In this document: piece after piece, positions 36,330-47,029 of the stretch | How the letters are laid out: the number at the start of each line of letters is the position of its first letter | How positions within the stretch are numbered: the stretch's first letter is position 1 | Assembly (NCBI RefSeq): GCF_006345805.1 | Contig: NC_043012.1 | Location: 8,928,001-8,992,000 of the forward strand | Direction: 5' to 3' | DNA: 64,000 bases | Origin: Octopus sinensis | Lineage: Eukaryota | Position numbers and translations under genes: made by a program | The notes under the pieces: model-generated | Told to the model about the DNA's origin: nothing | Databases searched by the model: none | The model's input: only the letters and a program-made list of their open reading frames with translations

Positions 36330-37190
36330 GTAAAATTTTTAATTATTATTTTTTCACAACTCTTGTAAATGGACTTTGAATTCACACTTCACTAATTGTA
36401 TCAGTTGATTAAATCAAATCCAGTACTGACTTGTATTTTATTTTATCAATACTGGAAAAATGAAATATAAACTGGATTTGAACTCAGAATGTAAAAGGAG
36501 GACTAAATCTTAAAGCATGTATTCTGCTGTTCTTCCGAGTTTGCCAATCAACTACCTATATAATGGGAGACAACTCATACAATATTCGCAATAGGGATGT
36601 AAAGATTATATGTTAGTTTTACATCAGTTTTTCCAGGCTGGCATGAATTGGGTGAGTTTTCTCAGGCAATTAAATACTTTTCATTCTAAAATTGCGTAAA
36701 TATTTTAATATAAGTAAAGTATTTTTACTGCATCTTTGGGCCAATGAATGCCTTCATCATCATCATTTAGCGTCCGCTTTCCATGCTGGCATGGGTTGGA
36801 CAGTGCAACTGGGGTCTGGGAAGCCAGAAGGCTGCACCAGGCCCAGTCTGATCTGGCAAATGTTTCTACGGCTGGATGCCCTTCCTAATGCCAACCACTC
36901 CGTGAGTGTAGTGGCTGCTTTTTACATGCCACCGGCACAGGTGGCAGACGGCCATGGTTGGATGGTGCCTTTTACGTGCCACCGGCATGGTTACTTGAGA
37001 TGGAAACTATATAGCTCATTAGCATGGAAGATGGATGTTTAAAGGTGACAATGATGATGACATATATGTGTGAATATGTTTTTATGGTTAATATTGTTCA
37101 ACAACCAGCATTGGTTTATTTACATCCCTTCACTTGCATCATTAATTAACAATGAACATGTTATTTGTATTATTTTGTTGTTTTTTTCAG

Positions 37191-37361
37191 CAAAATGAAT
37201 ATTATGATGAGAAAAGATGCAAAGTATTTGAGTGTGATATAACTGAAGATGATTTGATGGCCCACATCCCATCCCAGTCTGTTGATATTGTTTCATTAAT
37301 TTTTGTCTTATCATCAATCCATCCTGATAAGATGCTCAAGTGTTTACAGAACATAAAGAAG
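37191..37361 (+). CDS. METTL6: METTL6 coding exon 3
   Basis: TTTTTTTCAG|QNEYYDEKRCKVFECDIT...SVDIVSLIFVLSSIHPDKM...NIKK|GTAAAA; 171 nt. Confidence 0.93.
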
Positions 37362-38197
37362 GTAAAACAAAAGTTTTTCATAAATGGTAGTTGTGGTGGT
37401 GATAGTGATTATGGTGATGTTACTGGCAGTGGTGTTTACACTAGCTGCCAGCTAAAAATATTTCTAAATCATGCATGTACCTTCATAAATTGTGTAAATA
37501 ATGTTTAGATTGACTTTCTTGATGAACACTAATAATAGAAAATAAAATCATACTTTATATATATATATATGGCTGTGTGGTAAGTAGCTTGCTTACCAAC
37601 CACATGGTTCCGGGTTCAGTCCCACCGCGTGGCACCTTGGGCAAGTGTCTCCTACTATAGCCTTAGGCTGACTATGGCCTTGTGAATGGATTTGGTAGAT
37701 GGAAACTGAAAGAAACCCACCAGTGGCATATAAAAAGCACCTTCTGAACATGGCTGGTGCTGTCTGACTGGCTCCGGTGCTGGTGGCACGTAAAAAGCAC
37801 CCACTACTCTCTTGGAATGATTGGTGTTAGGAAGGGCATCCATCTGTAGAAACATTGCCAGATCAGATTGGAGCCTGGTGCGGCCTCCTGGCTTGCTATT
37901 CCCCATTCAAACCTACGCCAGCATGGAAAACAGACATTAAACGATTATGATGATTATATATATGTGGATATACATTTATGTCTAGATATACGTATATATG
38001 TAGATATATCTATATACACACACATATACATTTGTTTGTATAGATGTACATGCACACACAAACTATACATACAATAACACATGACTCACGGACACACGTT
38101 TAACTGTATACAAACATTTCCTAATTTTATTTGGTTTATCATGCAATTACAAAACTTGTTTCATTTGTAAACTTGTCTGTCTGTTTGTACGTCACAG

Positions 38198-38339
38198 GTA
38201 ATCAAACCCGGTGGTTGTCTTCTATTCCGAGATTATGGTCTCCATGACTACGCCATGTTACGTTTTGCACCTGGTCACAAATTAGCAGAAAATTTCTATG
38301 TACGGCAAGATGGCACTCGGGCGTATTATTTCTCAACAG
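38198..38339 (+). CDS. METTL6: METTL6 coding exon 4
   Basis: TCACAG|VIKPGGCLLFRDYGLHDYAMLRF...ENFYVRQDGTRAYYFST G|GTAAGC; 142 nt, phase 0-1. Confidence 0.95.
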
Positions 38340-38564
38340 GTAAGCTACTCTACATTCCTCTGCTACAGATAGGATGAATGTGGTGTTTTTATATGATCAG
38401 GGATCTATGCTATATTGTAGATATTATACAGTACCAACTGTAGTATTTTGTTAATATTACATATAGTATGTCTGTGTGTCTGTTGAACAGCTGCTGTCAC
38501 GTGTTGGATGAATTCAGTTATCAGCCGAGTCTATCGTGAATATTGCCCCGCCACCTTCCTTTAA

Positions 38565-38787
38565 CCCTTTCGTTACCGTATTTCTTTTGAGATGCTCTGT
38601 GTTTCTTTCAATTAATTTTAAATATAACAAAGAATTTAATAAGATAACTCAGTTATCATTCAGCTAGTGTTAGGAACATAAATTGTGACTAAGGTCCGGT
38701 GGAAGATTTTAATTCAAAACTTAAGAAAACAAAGACATTTGTACTACAGAGCCGGAGCCGGTTTCAGCCGGATTGGTATCGAAAGGG
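38565..38787. mobile_element. piggyBac-type MITE (TTAA target), second family
   Basis: TTAA|CCCTTTCGTTACC ... GGTATCGAAAGGG|TTAA; the 13-bp TIR matches at 12/13. Confidence 0.75.
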
Positions 38788-39709
38788 TTAACTGGGAAGG
38801 CAAGGCAGTTTTCGTTGTACTGGTGGTTGCTACCCACACTGCCATATGCACAGCTGGTAAAACAGCTTTACCAGGAAATGAAAGAGCATCAGCAACCAAC
38901 AAGCCAGCCCAACTAAATGACACCAAGAATAGAAACAACACCATCACCACCTTCATGTATAGAAGCACCAAGAGTAAAACAAAAGGACTCATACCCCACT
39001 CCCCAAAAACCCATACACCACATCCCAACTGTCACCAACCACCAACAATCAATCTATCCACTCAATTGAAGTTGACTCTTGGTTACTCAATGGATCAGTG
39101 TTCTCCAGTCAGTTCTATCCTGGGTCGCTTCTTTCAGATTAGCTTACACTTTTGATCCATAGAGTACATTGGCCAAGATTCTGGGGTAGGTGACCAGGTC
39201 TTTCCCCAGGCCAGAGCCGTTTAGCCAGCATACTTACCATTTGCCGCTGCCACCCCCAGCACCACGGTGAGGGGAACAGTTGGACTTTGAAGGGGGCACT
39301 AACCAACACCAACAACAAAATCAGCATTAACACACTCAGAAATAGACCCCTATATCCTTCCCCTCCCAGTTTCTGATTCCTCCCACATGTCATCAGATGA
39401 AGGTAACATGGAGGAATGGCAAGTGGCTGCAGGTGGAAGGAGAAAAAGGGGGAAAAAAGAATAGAGAAGCAAACAAACAAAGCAGAGTGGTTCACCACTC
39501 CAGAAACCAAAATACCCACACAAAACAAAAGCATTAACAGAAACACAGAAACACAATGAATCCACAATGCTGACAGCAATAAACACAAACAATTCAAATA
39601 ACATAAGACAATATCAAAACATCCTACATGTGGCACAAAACACATACAACACGCTGAAATCTCTCTATCATGATGCAGTAGGGTGATTTCAAATGTACTT
39701 ATCAAAAGA

Positions 39710-40035
39710 ATATATTCAAAAACCTCCTGAGAGAAAATTCTGAGGTGGAGAACAACCTACTTTTGAACAGTAAGGACCTATGGACAATCAACAGAGATCC
39801 CTGGCCTGGCAATGCTATCAGGAAGCATTGTCCGTTTGGGATAAGTTCTACAGGCACAGTTCGAGAAACACTGGACCGACTTACCCAAGATGGGGTCAGA
39901 GCGATGAAACCATTCTGCATGCACTCATGCAGTGTCCAACCATTTCAAACCTGTGGGCTTATGTCGAACAGCTGCTGTCATGTGTAGGACGAATTTGGTT
40001 ATCGGCCGAGTCTCTTGTGAATATTGCCCTGCCGC
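39710..40035 (+). mobile_element. L1/Tx1-type LINE ORF2 C-terminal zinc-finger fragment in METTL6 intron 4
   Basis: SLAWQCYQEAL...TGPTYPRWGQSDETILHALMQCPTISNLWAYVEQLL, a decayed CPRC...ETxxHxxxxC motif. A shorter copy lies at about 38480-38560. Confidence 0.7.
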
Positions 40036-40388
40036 CTGACTGGCCCCTGTGCCGGTGGCACGTAGAAGCACCCACTACACTCTCGGAGTGGTTGGCATTA
40101 GGAAGGGCATCCAGCTGTAGTAAACTCTGCCAGATCAAGATTGGAGCCTGGTGCAGCCATCTGGTTTGCCAGCCCTCAGTCAAACCGTCCAACCCATGCT
40201 AGCATGGAAAGTGGACGTTAAACAACAACGATGATGATGATACACACACACACACACACACAAACAGTTGTTGTACATTGTAGAATTATATATAGCACAG
40301 TATGGTACAGTATATAGTATAGTATATACTATAGTACAGTATATGCTGACACCTTTAATATTAAAGCTATTCTTTCTTTCTTTTTCAG

Positions 40389-40534
40389 AGTTTATTGAAC
40401 ATTTACTGTGTGATGCTGGTTATGACATCCATCAACTCCATTATGTGAAACGGGAGACTGTCAACAAGAAAGAAGGGCTTTGTGTACCACGTATATTTGT
40501 ACAAGGGAAGTTCATGGTGACAACATCTTCTTGA
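40389..40534 (+). CDS. METTL6: METTL6 final coding exon
   Basis: TTTTTCAG|AG FIEHLL...ETVNKKEGLCVPRIFVQGKF...stop TGA at 40532-40534. Its phase matches exon 4. Confidence 0.93.
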
Positions 40535-40566
40535 AGTTTGTGTGTGTAGCGGGGTGTCTCTTTGTA

Positions 40567-41080
40567 CCGTAAATCCTCGAGTATAGTCCGCCCTTAAGTA
40601 TAATATGCAGGGCATTTTTAGGGGGGCTGTACCTCTGAAAAACCGAAACCTTGTGTATAATACGCACCCCTTCTCTAAATTGAGTCAAGGAGGTCTACAT
40701 AACGTCCTTGGTTTGTAAAAATGTATACGGTAACGTCCTTTATTAGTATTGTATATATAACATAATGCAAACATGTAGCTTTTTTGTGCATTTTGTTTGC
40801 AGAAAATAAAGAAATAACAGTAATAACATTCAATAAATGTTGCTTACTGCATGTTATGGATGATTCTTTTATCACTTCATTGCTTTCAGGCTTAGCTTAA
40901 GGTATTTTTGCACTCGACATCACAAAATGTGTCTGAATAAACATTGCCGGACATCAAATAGAGACTCGGACATTGCTTAGAAAATAATTTTCATTTTTAA
41001 CCGCGTATATAGTACGCACTAGGGATTTTGACCTCGAAATTTTTGGGGAAAAAATGCGTGTTATACTCAAGGATTTACGG
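40567..41080. mobile_element. TA-target MITE (pogo/Tc1-mariner type) immediately after the METTL6 stop codon
   Basis: TA|CCGTAAATCCTCGAGTATA ... TATACTCAAGGATTTACGG|TA; the 19-bp TIR matches at 18/19. Confidence 0.8.
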
Positions 41081-41989
41081 TATTTCTGCTTGATTACATC
41101 ATCTTAAAGTTCTCTGTGGGTGTATATATATATCATTGTCATCATCCCATTAACATCTACTTTTCCATGCTTGCATGTGTCAGACAGAGTTTATTGAGAC
41201 AGATTTCCTACAGCTCGATGCCATTCTTGCTGTCAACCCCTCACTTGTTTTCAAACTGGGTAATATTTCCCTCCATGATGAAACATGTTTTCACAGAAAT
41301 TTGGAAGTGAATTACACTACTTGTATGACAATTATTTACAGCTATCATGTAATTTGAAGACAAGGGGACACAAAAATAGACTCACACACATAACTCTGAC
41401 CGCCCCCCTCCCCCCGCCGACTGATCTTGGTCGGTGTTTGTGGACACTACGCATACTATTTTACTCTTTTACTTGTTTCAGTCATTTGACTGTGGCCATG
41501 CTGGAGCACTGCCTTTAGTGGAGCAAATTGACCCCAGGACTTATTTCTTTGTAAGCCTATTACTTATTCTATTGGTCACTTTTGCCGAACTGCTAAGTTA
41601 TGGGGATGTAAACACACCAGCATCGATGTTGGGGGGGGGGGACAAACATAGACACACACACAAACATATACACACACACATATATACGATGGGGTTCTTT
41701 CAGTTTCCGTCTACCAAATCCACTCACAAGGCTTTGGTCGGCCCGAGGCTATAGTAGAAGACACTTGCCCAAGGTGCCACGCAGTGGGACTGAACCCGGA
41801 ACCAAGTGGTTGGTAAGCAAGCTACTTTATTTTATTAAATTTGCCATAAAGGCAATACACAGAGGGGACACTACAACACATGTGGGGACATATAACAATT
41901 AAAAAATACAATTGCAGCATGGAAGGTGTTTATAAGCCATTTAAGAAACACACAAAATCCATTAGATTCACTTCAACATTTAAGTTTAA

Positions 41990-42039
41990 TTTGTCAAAAT
42001 ATTTTCGTCGCTAAAATCCGCGACCTGTTCACTGACAAA
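41990..42039 (-). ncRNA. Minimal type I hammerhead ribozyme with G3:C8 variant core, in a putative 3' pseudo-LTR (about 41826-42075) of the Penelope-like element
   Basis: Minus strand reads TTTGTCA-GTGAACA-G-GTCGC-GGATTTTA-GCGAC-GAA-AATATT-T|TGACAAA. Stem I is 7 bp, stem II is 5 bp, and stem III is the palindrome AATATT. Confidence 0.65.
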
Positions 42040-42074
42040 GTCCGTGCTGCATCTAAGAAAGTAACAGTTAGTTC

Positions 42075-42790
42075 GTCATATATATGTACGTATGTATGTG
42101 TGTATGTATGCATACATGTGTGCATGTATGTACGTATGCATGTACGCACATACGCCTGTGTATGCATGTATGTATGTATGTATGTATGTATGTATGTATG
42201 TGTGTATGTATGTATGTATGTATGTATATATGTATGTGTGTGTATATGCACGCACATGCACTCTATAAAACATAAAGCTATAAACCTGTAGCGATGGATG
42301 GATGTAGAGTGACCACTCATCACAAAGCTATCAAATTTCAACTTCCTACGGCCGAAGCTAGAAAGTGATTTATGACGCTTACTCCCAAAACACTACCCTA
42401 AAATCTATTATCAGATTTTTATCTCTATATCACAGAACTATTGTTTTACTATTGTGCGTATGTATGTATGTGTGTATGTACATACGTGCGCATGTGCGTA
42501 TGTATGTATACCCGCTTGTGTGCATGTGCCCATGTATGTGTGTGCGTACATGTACGTGCGTATGTACGTGTGTATGCCCATACGTAGGTATGTATGTATG
42601 TTTGTATTCATGTGCTACGTATGTATGTGAGTGTCTAGGAGAATGGGCAGATGTGTCTGTGAGAGTGTGTGTGTGTATGTGAACGTATGTCCGTCCAAGT
42701 TGTGTACATGACTTACTTTGCTGAAGGTTGTATACATATTTACATATATGTTTGTATAGACGCACACACACATATATATGTGTGTGTTTG
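42075..42790. repeat. Complex (TATG/TGTG)n low-complexity tract between the PLE ORF and the hammerhead-bearing repeat
   Basis: Direct reading. It is interrupted by a unique segment at about 42260-42450. Confidence 0.85.
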
Positions 42791-42947
42791 TTCCTCTCAT
42801 CATCGTCTAACCGTGAATGGATACAACGCCTAGGTGCAACTGTTCGTATCAAACAACGTCTGCTCATACCGTTGTATATAACTGCACATACGCGTTGCAA
42901 CCCGTATGTAAGGACTACAGGTAAAAGGGAGAGAGAGAGAGGGGTGG

Positions 42948-45900
42948 TTATAGAATAGTCCTTCTGAATGGGATCTGGATGTTATTCCATTCGGACTTTC
43001 GGTTGAGAGTAGGTTTGTATTCTTGTATACAAACAGCTTCTGTGACCTGTCTCAACATTGCGTCGGTGGGGTGTGTTGATAGGATGTTCAACTTAAGCTC
43101 CCCTAAGGATCCCTTGTGGCAGTCTACAGCATGTTGGTAGAAGATGGAGTTTGGCTTCCTTTCAATGTAGTTGTCCAGGTGTTCTTTGAACCTATCATTG
43201 ATGCTTCTAGAGGTCTCACCTATGTATGACTCTGGGTTAGTCGCGCAAGCTCCCTCCTGGCACTTAATCTGGTATACAATGCCCTTGGTTTTACAATTTA
43301 CATGTGGATTTGTCGAACATACTGCACAATTACTTTGGCAGGTGATTCTATCAAATGGATATGATCTGCATAATGCCGATTTGATAGTCCTACCTGTCTT
43401 TTCTACAACTTTAACTTTTAGGCCCGTAGTGCGCAGGACTTTCTTGAATGCCTTACTTAGCTCGTTCTTAGGTGTGGCGTCAACGAACATCACTCCGTGA
43501 AATCTCCTGTTATCGTACCAAGTAACGTTTCTCATCTTTTTGTTGGTGTCCCTCTCTAACCTATTCCAGAACTTGTTGCGGTACAGGGGGCATATACCGT
43601 TTTCGTCGTTCCTTAGAATGTGTTCCAATCTAGCTTTCGCTCCTTTGTACACCCTGACTCTATCGTCTTGTGTGTATCCGGAGCGTTGCATTCGGAATAT
43701 GTAGTGCTGGATGTGTTGTTGTCGTTCTTGTGGTTGGCATAGTGGTGATACATTCCTCATTACTCTAACTAAGTCTGCCACTAGGATGTTGAGTTTGGCA
43801 GTATCCGACATAGCTGAGTCACTACGGATTACTAGTGGATTAGCCATCGGTTTCTGATAGTGTGAGTGGAGTATACATGGTTTAATGGTACCATTAACCA
43901 TAGCATCTTCCATCCATAGCTCAGTATCTAGGACGGGTAATCGTTTACTGGGGTGTTTAGAGGGGTAGTCTATGGTAAGTTTTATACTGCTGTGGATAGA
44001 GTCAGCTATGTGTTGTATAGATGTCATCACCTGTTCTTCACTGGGTAGAGGGCCCATAACTGTGTCTGTATTATATTTAACAACAAGGTTAATGTCGTCG
44101 ACGTAACGAGAGTACATAGCCAAGTGGATGTTACGGTTTGCTAGGCACTGTTTAAAACGCTTGTCCCACCATACCATGAAGAGGTTCGCAACGTCACCGG
44201 CGATCCCCACTCCAATAGCACCGCCTTTCGTTTGCTTATACAGTTTGTTGTCAAATTTAAAAATATGTGTTTTTAGCGTAAATCTCAGGCTGACACCAAT
44301 AGCATGTGCGATGGTGGTTCTAATATCGTGTGCACTTGAGGGTGGGTAGTCCGGCTTTGTCCATCCCTGCCAGCGTTCACAGTGAGTCTTCCTGTAAGCT
44401 GAGGTAATGGTAGGTGGTCTACCGCGTTTGTTACGGGTGGGACAAGCATATAGAAGGTTATTGCGCGACAGGTATTCATTGGTACACGTCAGGGCCAGGA
44501 AGAGCCCTAGTTCATATACATCCACATTCTTAAATATCATACCACTCTCACTAACTATTTCTATACATTTATCGACAGCAAAGTCTATATCGATGGAGGG
44601 GTATAGTGATACCACATCCATGCTACCCACGATGTGGTTCTTGAGGTCACACGTGTTGTTGCATTCGCGGATCCTGCTAAGGAGGTCCTCAGTACTATCA
44701 CATACATCCGCAGATAGTTCTATTAACGGTCGTAGGAATTGTGAGAGAAAGTATGATATTTTGTGGTTGTTTGCATTGTTGGCACCACAAATGGGTCGGG
44801 TGGGTGGCCCAAGTATATGATCCGTGTGGCTCTTGTGATCTTTGCGAAGGCCATATAGGGGTGGGATTTCGTTGTTGGTGGTTAAAAAGTTGTTAGCTGT
44901 GCGCTTCTCCGACTGGAGAATTATACTCCACATCCCCATGTGAGCATTGACGATCTTTTCGTTCTCGATATATTCGAGTATTGTGGTTTCTGTCATGTCT
45001 CTGATGTGTGGTTGCATGTTCGAGATATAATTAGGTATGTTGTCAACAGACATCCTACCTGATTTGTCAGTCGGGAAACATACAATCTCTCTGTTTTTGA
45101 TGCGTCTTTTTAATATGTTAAGGCCTTTCTTAATTTTGGTGTTAAGATCGTGGGTTTTATTTACTGATCGTTCATGTATATGCCTTTGGGTGTAATTGGA
45201 GAAGGCTGATAGAATCTTGGCTTTAGTAAGTGTGAACTTCGCTTCCAAAGCAGCGTCAGTATAGGGTGGCATGCATACTCTTTTGTTGAAGGGTAAGTTG
45301 GTAGGGTAGACCCTTTTCATGTCGAATGACATGTCACGTTTATCATAAAAGCAACGGTTATAGTCAGGCATGTATTGTGTGTCAGGATTTTGGTTGTGGT
45401 TGTGGTTTTGGTTAAAGTGTGTTCTCCATCTAAGTTTGGTGAAGCACTTTTCAATGTCAGATAGTATAGAGATCTTACTAACCTTATTATACGTGGCGAA
45501 CTTTGGAGGAAGTTCCAGGGCCGCGAGTTCATTAGTATCCAGTTGTACTCCACCGTACACTCTTACGTTACTTGTTAGCTGGTCGTCCTCTACTGGTTTG
45601 TCATTCATAGAGATCCCATCAATCGATTCAGTTTTGACAAACTGTTTAGTTGTTTTTTGGTTGTATGGTAGTTGTATTGTCCATGTCAGTTTCTCTTCAA
45701 AGTGTTGTACGCACCTGTTCCATACAGAGTTACTTTCACGACGGAGTAGTTCTTTCAACTGTTTGAATTCTTGATTAGTAAGTAAGTCCTTCACTTTAGC
45801 GAGGGCATCTCGCTTTTCCTTGTCTTTAGTGGCAAGGTGTGTGTATAGCTCGGACTTCAGGTTCGTCATTAAAATACGTTTTAGTCTCGACGCTTGTCCC

Positions 45901-46037
45901 TTCTTCAGGTTCAGTGCTTCGACTGTATTGTAAATCCTTTTCGGGTAAACCTTCAGTGAGATGCAGTGTCTAATGAAATGAATTAAAAAATAAAATATGA
46001 TATAATGAATGAACATGAAAATGCACATGAAGAACAA
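42948..46037 (-). CDS. Penelope-like retroelement polyprotein: RT plus C-terminal GIY-YIG endonuclease, uninterrupted ORF (true 5' end probably spliced)
   Basis: RT motifs CFPTDKSG, RPIC, DVVSLYPSI, GGAIGVGIAGDVANLFM and YSRYVDD. Cys-rich linker CQSNCAVC. GIVYQIKC...YIGETSRSINDRFKEH...YQHAVDCH is a GIY-YIG domain with CCHH. No stop in 1029 codons. Confidence 0.95.
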   Translation of the reverse strand: MFFMCIFMFIHYIIFYFLIHFIRHCISLKVYPKRIYNTVEALNLKKGQASRLKRILMTNLKSELYTHLATKDKEKRDALAKVKDLLTNQEFKQLKELLRRESNSVWNRCVQHFEEKLTWTIQLPYNQKTTKQFVKTESIDGISMNDKPVEDDQLTSNVRVYGGVQLDTNELAALELPPKFATYNKVSKISILSDIEKCFTKLRWRTHFNQNHNHNQNPDTQYMPDYNRCFYDKRDMSFDMKRVYPTNLPFNKRVCMPPYTDAALEAKFTLTKAKILSAFSNYTQRHIHERSVNKTHDLNTKIKKGLNILKRRIKNREIVCFPTDKSGRMSVDNIPNYISNMQPHIRDMTETTILEYIENEKIVNAHMGMWSIILQSEKRTANNFLTTNNEIPPLYGLRKDHKSHTDHILGPPTRPICGANNANNHKISYFLSQFLRPLIELSADVCDSTEDLLSRIRECNNTCDLKNHIVGSMDVVSLYPSIDIDFAVDKCIEIVSESGMIFKNVDVYELGLFLALTCTNEYLSRNNLLYACPTRNKRGRPPTITSAYRKTHCERWQGWTKPDYPPSSAHDIRTTIAHAIGVSLRFTLKTHIFKFDNKLYKQTKGGAIGVGIAGDVANLFMVWWDKRFKQCLANRNIHLAMYSRYVDDINLVVKYNTDTVMGPLPSEEQVMTSIQHIADSIHSSIKLTIDYPSKHPSKRLPVLDTELWMEDAMVNGTIKPCILHSHYQKPMANPLVIRSDSAMSDTAKLNILVADLVRVMRNVSPLCQPQERQQHIQHYIFRMQRSGYTQDDRVRVYKGAKARLEHILRNDENGICPLYRNKFWNRLERDTNKKMRNVTWYDNRRFHGVMFVDATPKNELSKAFKKVLRTTGLKVKVVEKTGRTIKSALCRSYPFDRITCQSNCAVCSTNPHVNCKTKGIVYQIKCQEGACATNPESYIGETSRSINDRFKEHLDNYIERKPNSIFYQHAVDCHKGSLGELKLNILSTHPTDAMLRQVTEAVCIQEYKPTLNRKSEWNNIQIPFRRTIL

Positions 46038-46099
46038 ATTAAAATATGATAATATGAAGGATATCTGAAAATGATATTATGAAGAGTGTGCTACTCACT

Positions 46100-47025
46100 C
46101 CACACTGAGTAACACAACTCGCTGCCTCTGGGTCCTGAGTCCTTTTTCTTGTTTCGTCCAATCCTTTTCACTGTCACTTAATAACATTCTCTCCGTCATG
46201 CATTCATAACCTTTTTCACCAGGAGGGGGGGTGTCTTCTAAATTTTGTGGTATCTGGTCTTTCTTTTTCTTTTTTTCTTGAGGGGAAATGAGGTGGGTGG
46301 GTTTGGTGTCTGTATGGGGAAGGTGGGTCTGAGTGGTCTTGGGTGGGATGGGGTTGGACTGGGGTGCCACATCATACTCAGTGTCTTTTCTTTTTTTCTT
46401 CTTTCTCCTTTTGCGTTCTGCAATTTTCCATTCTTTTTTTTATCGTTTCCTTCATCTATTTTGTCTTCCTCTCTTTTCTCCTGTCTCCGCAACTATATCC
46501 TCAGCCGTAGTCCTTCGTAGAGGGCAGTATGCTCTAATCTGGCCCTTTTGGCCACATTTGAAACAACGTGGTACTCTGCCCTCTATCCACACCCTCAGCA
46601 TGATTTCCCCCAGCATCACAGTCTCTGCCAAGTTCTCGAGTTGTCCCTCCTCCGTCTGAATAATTAACTCGAGCGTCCTTCCTTTCCACCCTCCTTCTTC
46701 CGTTTCCGTGGCCTGGAGGACAGCCACTTCCTCTTCACTTCCAATGAGGACGGCTGCCACAACCCAAGCCACATTTATATCAGGCGGAATTCCTTCTACC
46801 CTTATCTTGGAAGTCCTTCTTCCAAGATACGTGGGTAGAAGGACCATTTCCTTCGTCTTTACCATTTTACCCGCCAGCCTCCTTGCCTCCTCCTCTTCTA
46901 AACTGGACTACCATTGTCCCATATTGGCATCCTCTTGTCATGTATATTACTCCGTTGGATTCCTCCTTTACTGCCTTTTCTATTTTCTCTATTTCTATTA
47001 GGTCGACCGTCTTACTCTTTATCGA
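46100..47025 (-). mobile_element. Degenerate L1/Tx1-type ORF1 (copy C) with a decayed zinc knuckle
   Basis: LLPTYLGRRTSKIRVEGIPP...CFKCGQKGQIRAYC is homologous to 53755-54378. The basic tail EWKIAERKRRK follows. There are at least three frame disruptions. Confidence 0.8.
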
Positions 47026-47029
47026 GTAA

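Noticed and set aside
42300-42365. GTGATGAG hammerhead-like box on the minus strand
   Set aside because: G3/G8 cannot pair, and there is no downstream GAAA box or stem II.
42948-46037. Naiad-type permuted or selenoprotein-encoding PLE, or telomerase
   Set aside because: The endonuclease is C-terminal, there is no in-frame TGA, and the GIY-YIG domain excludes TERT.
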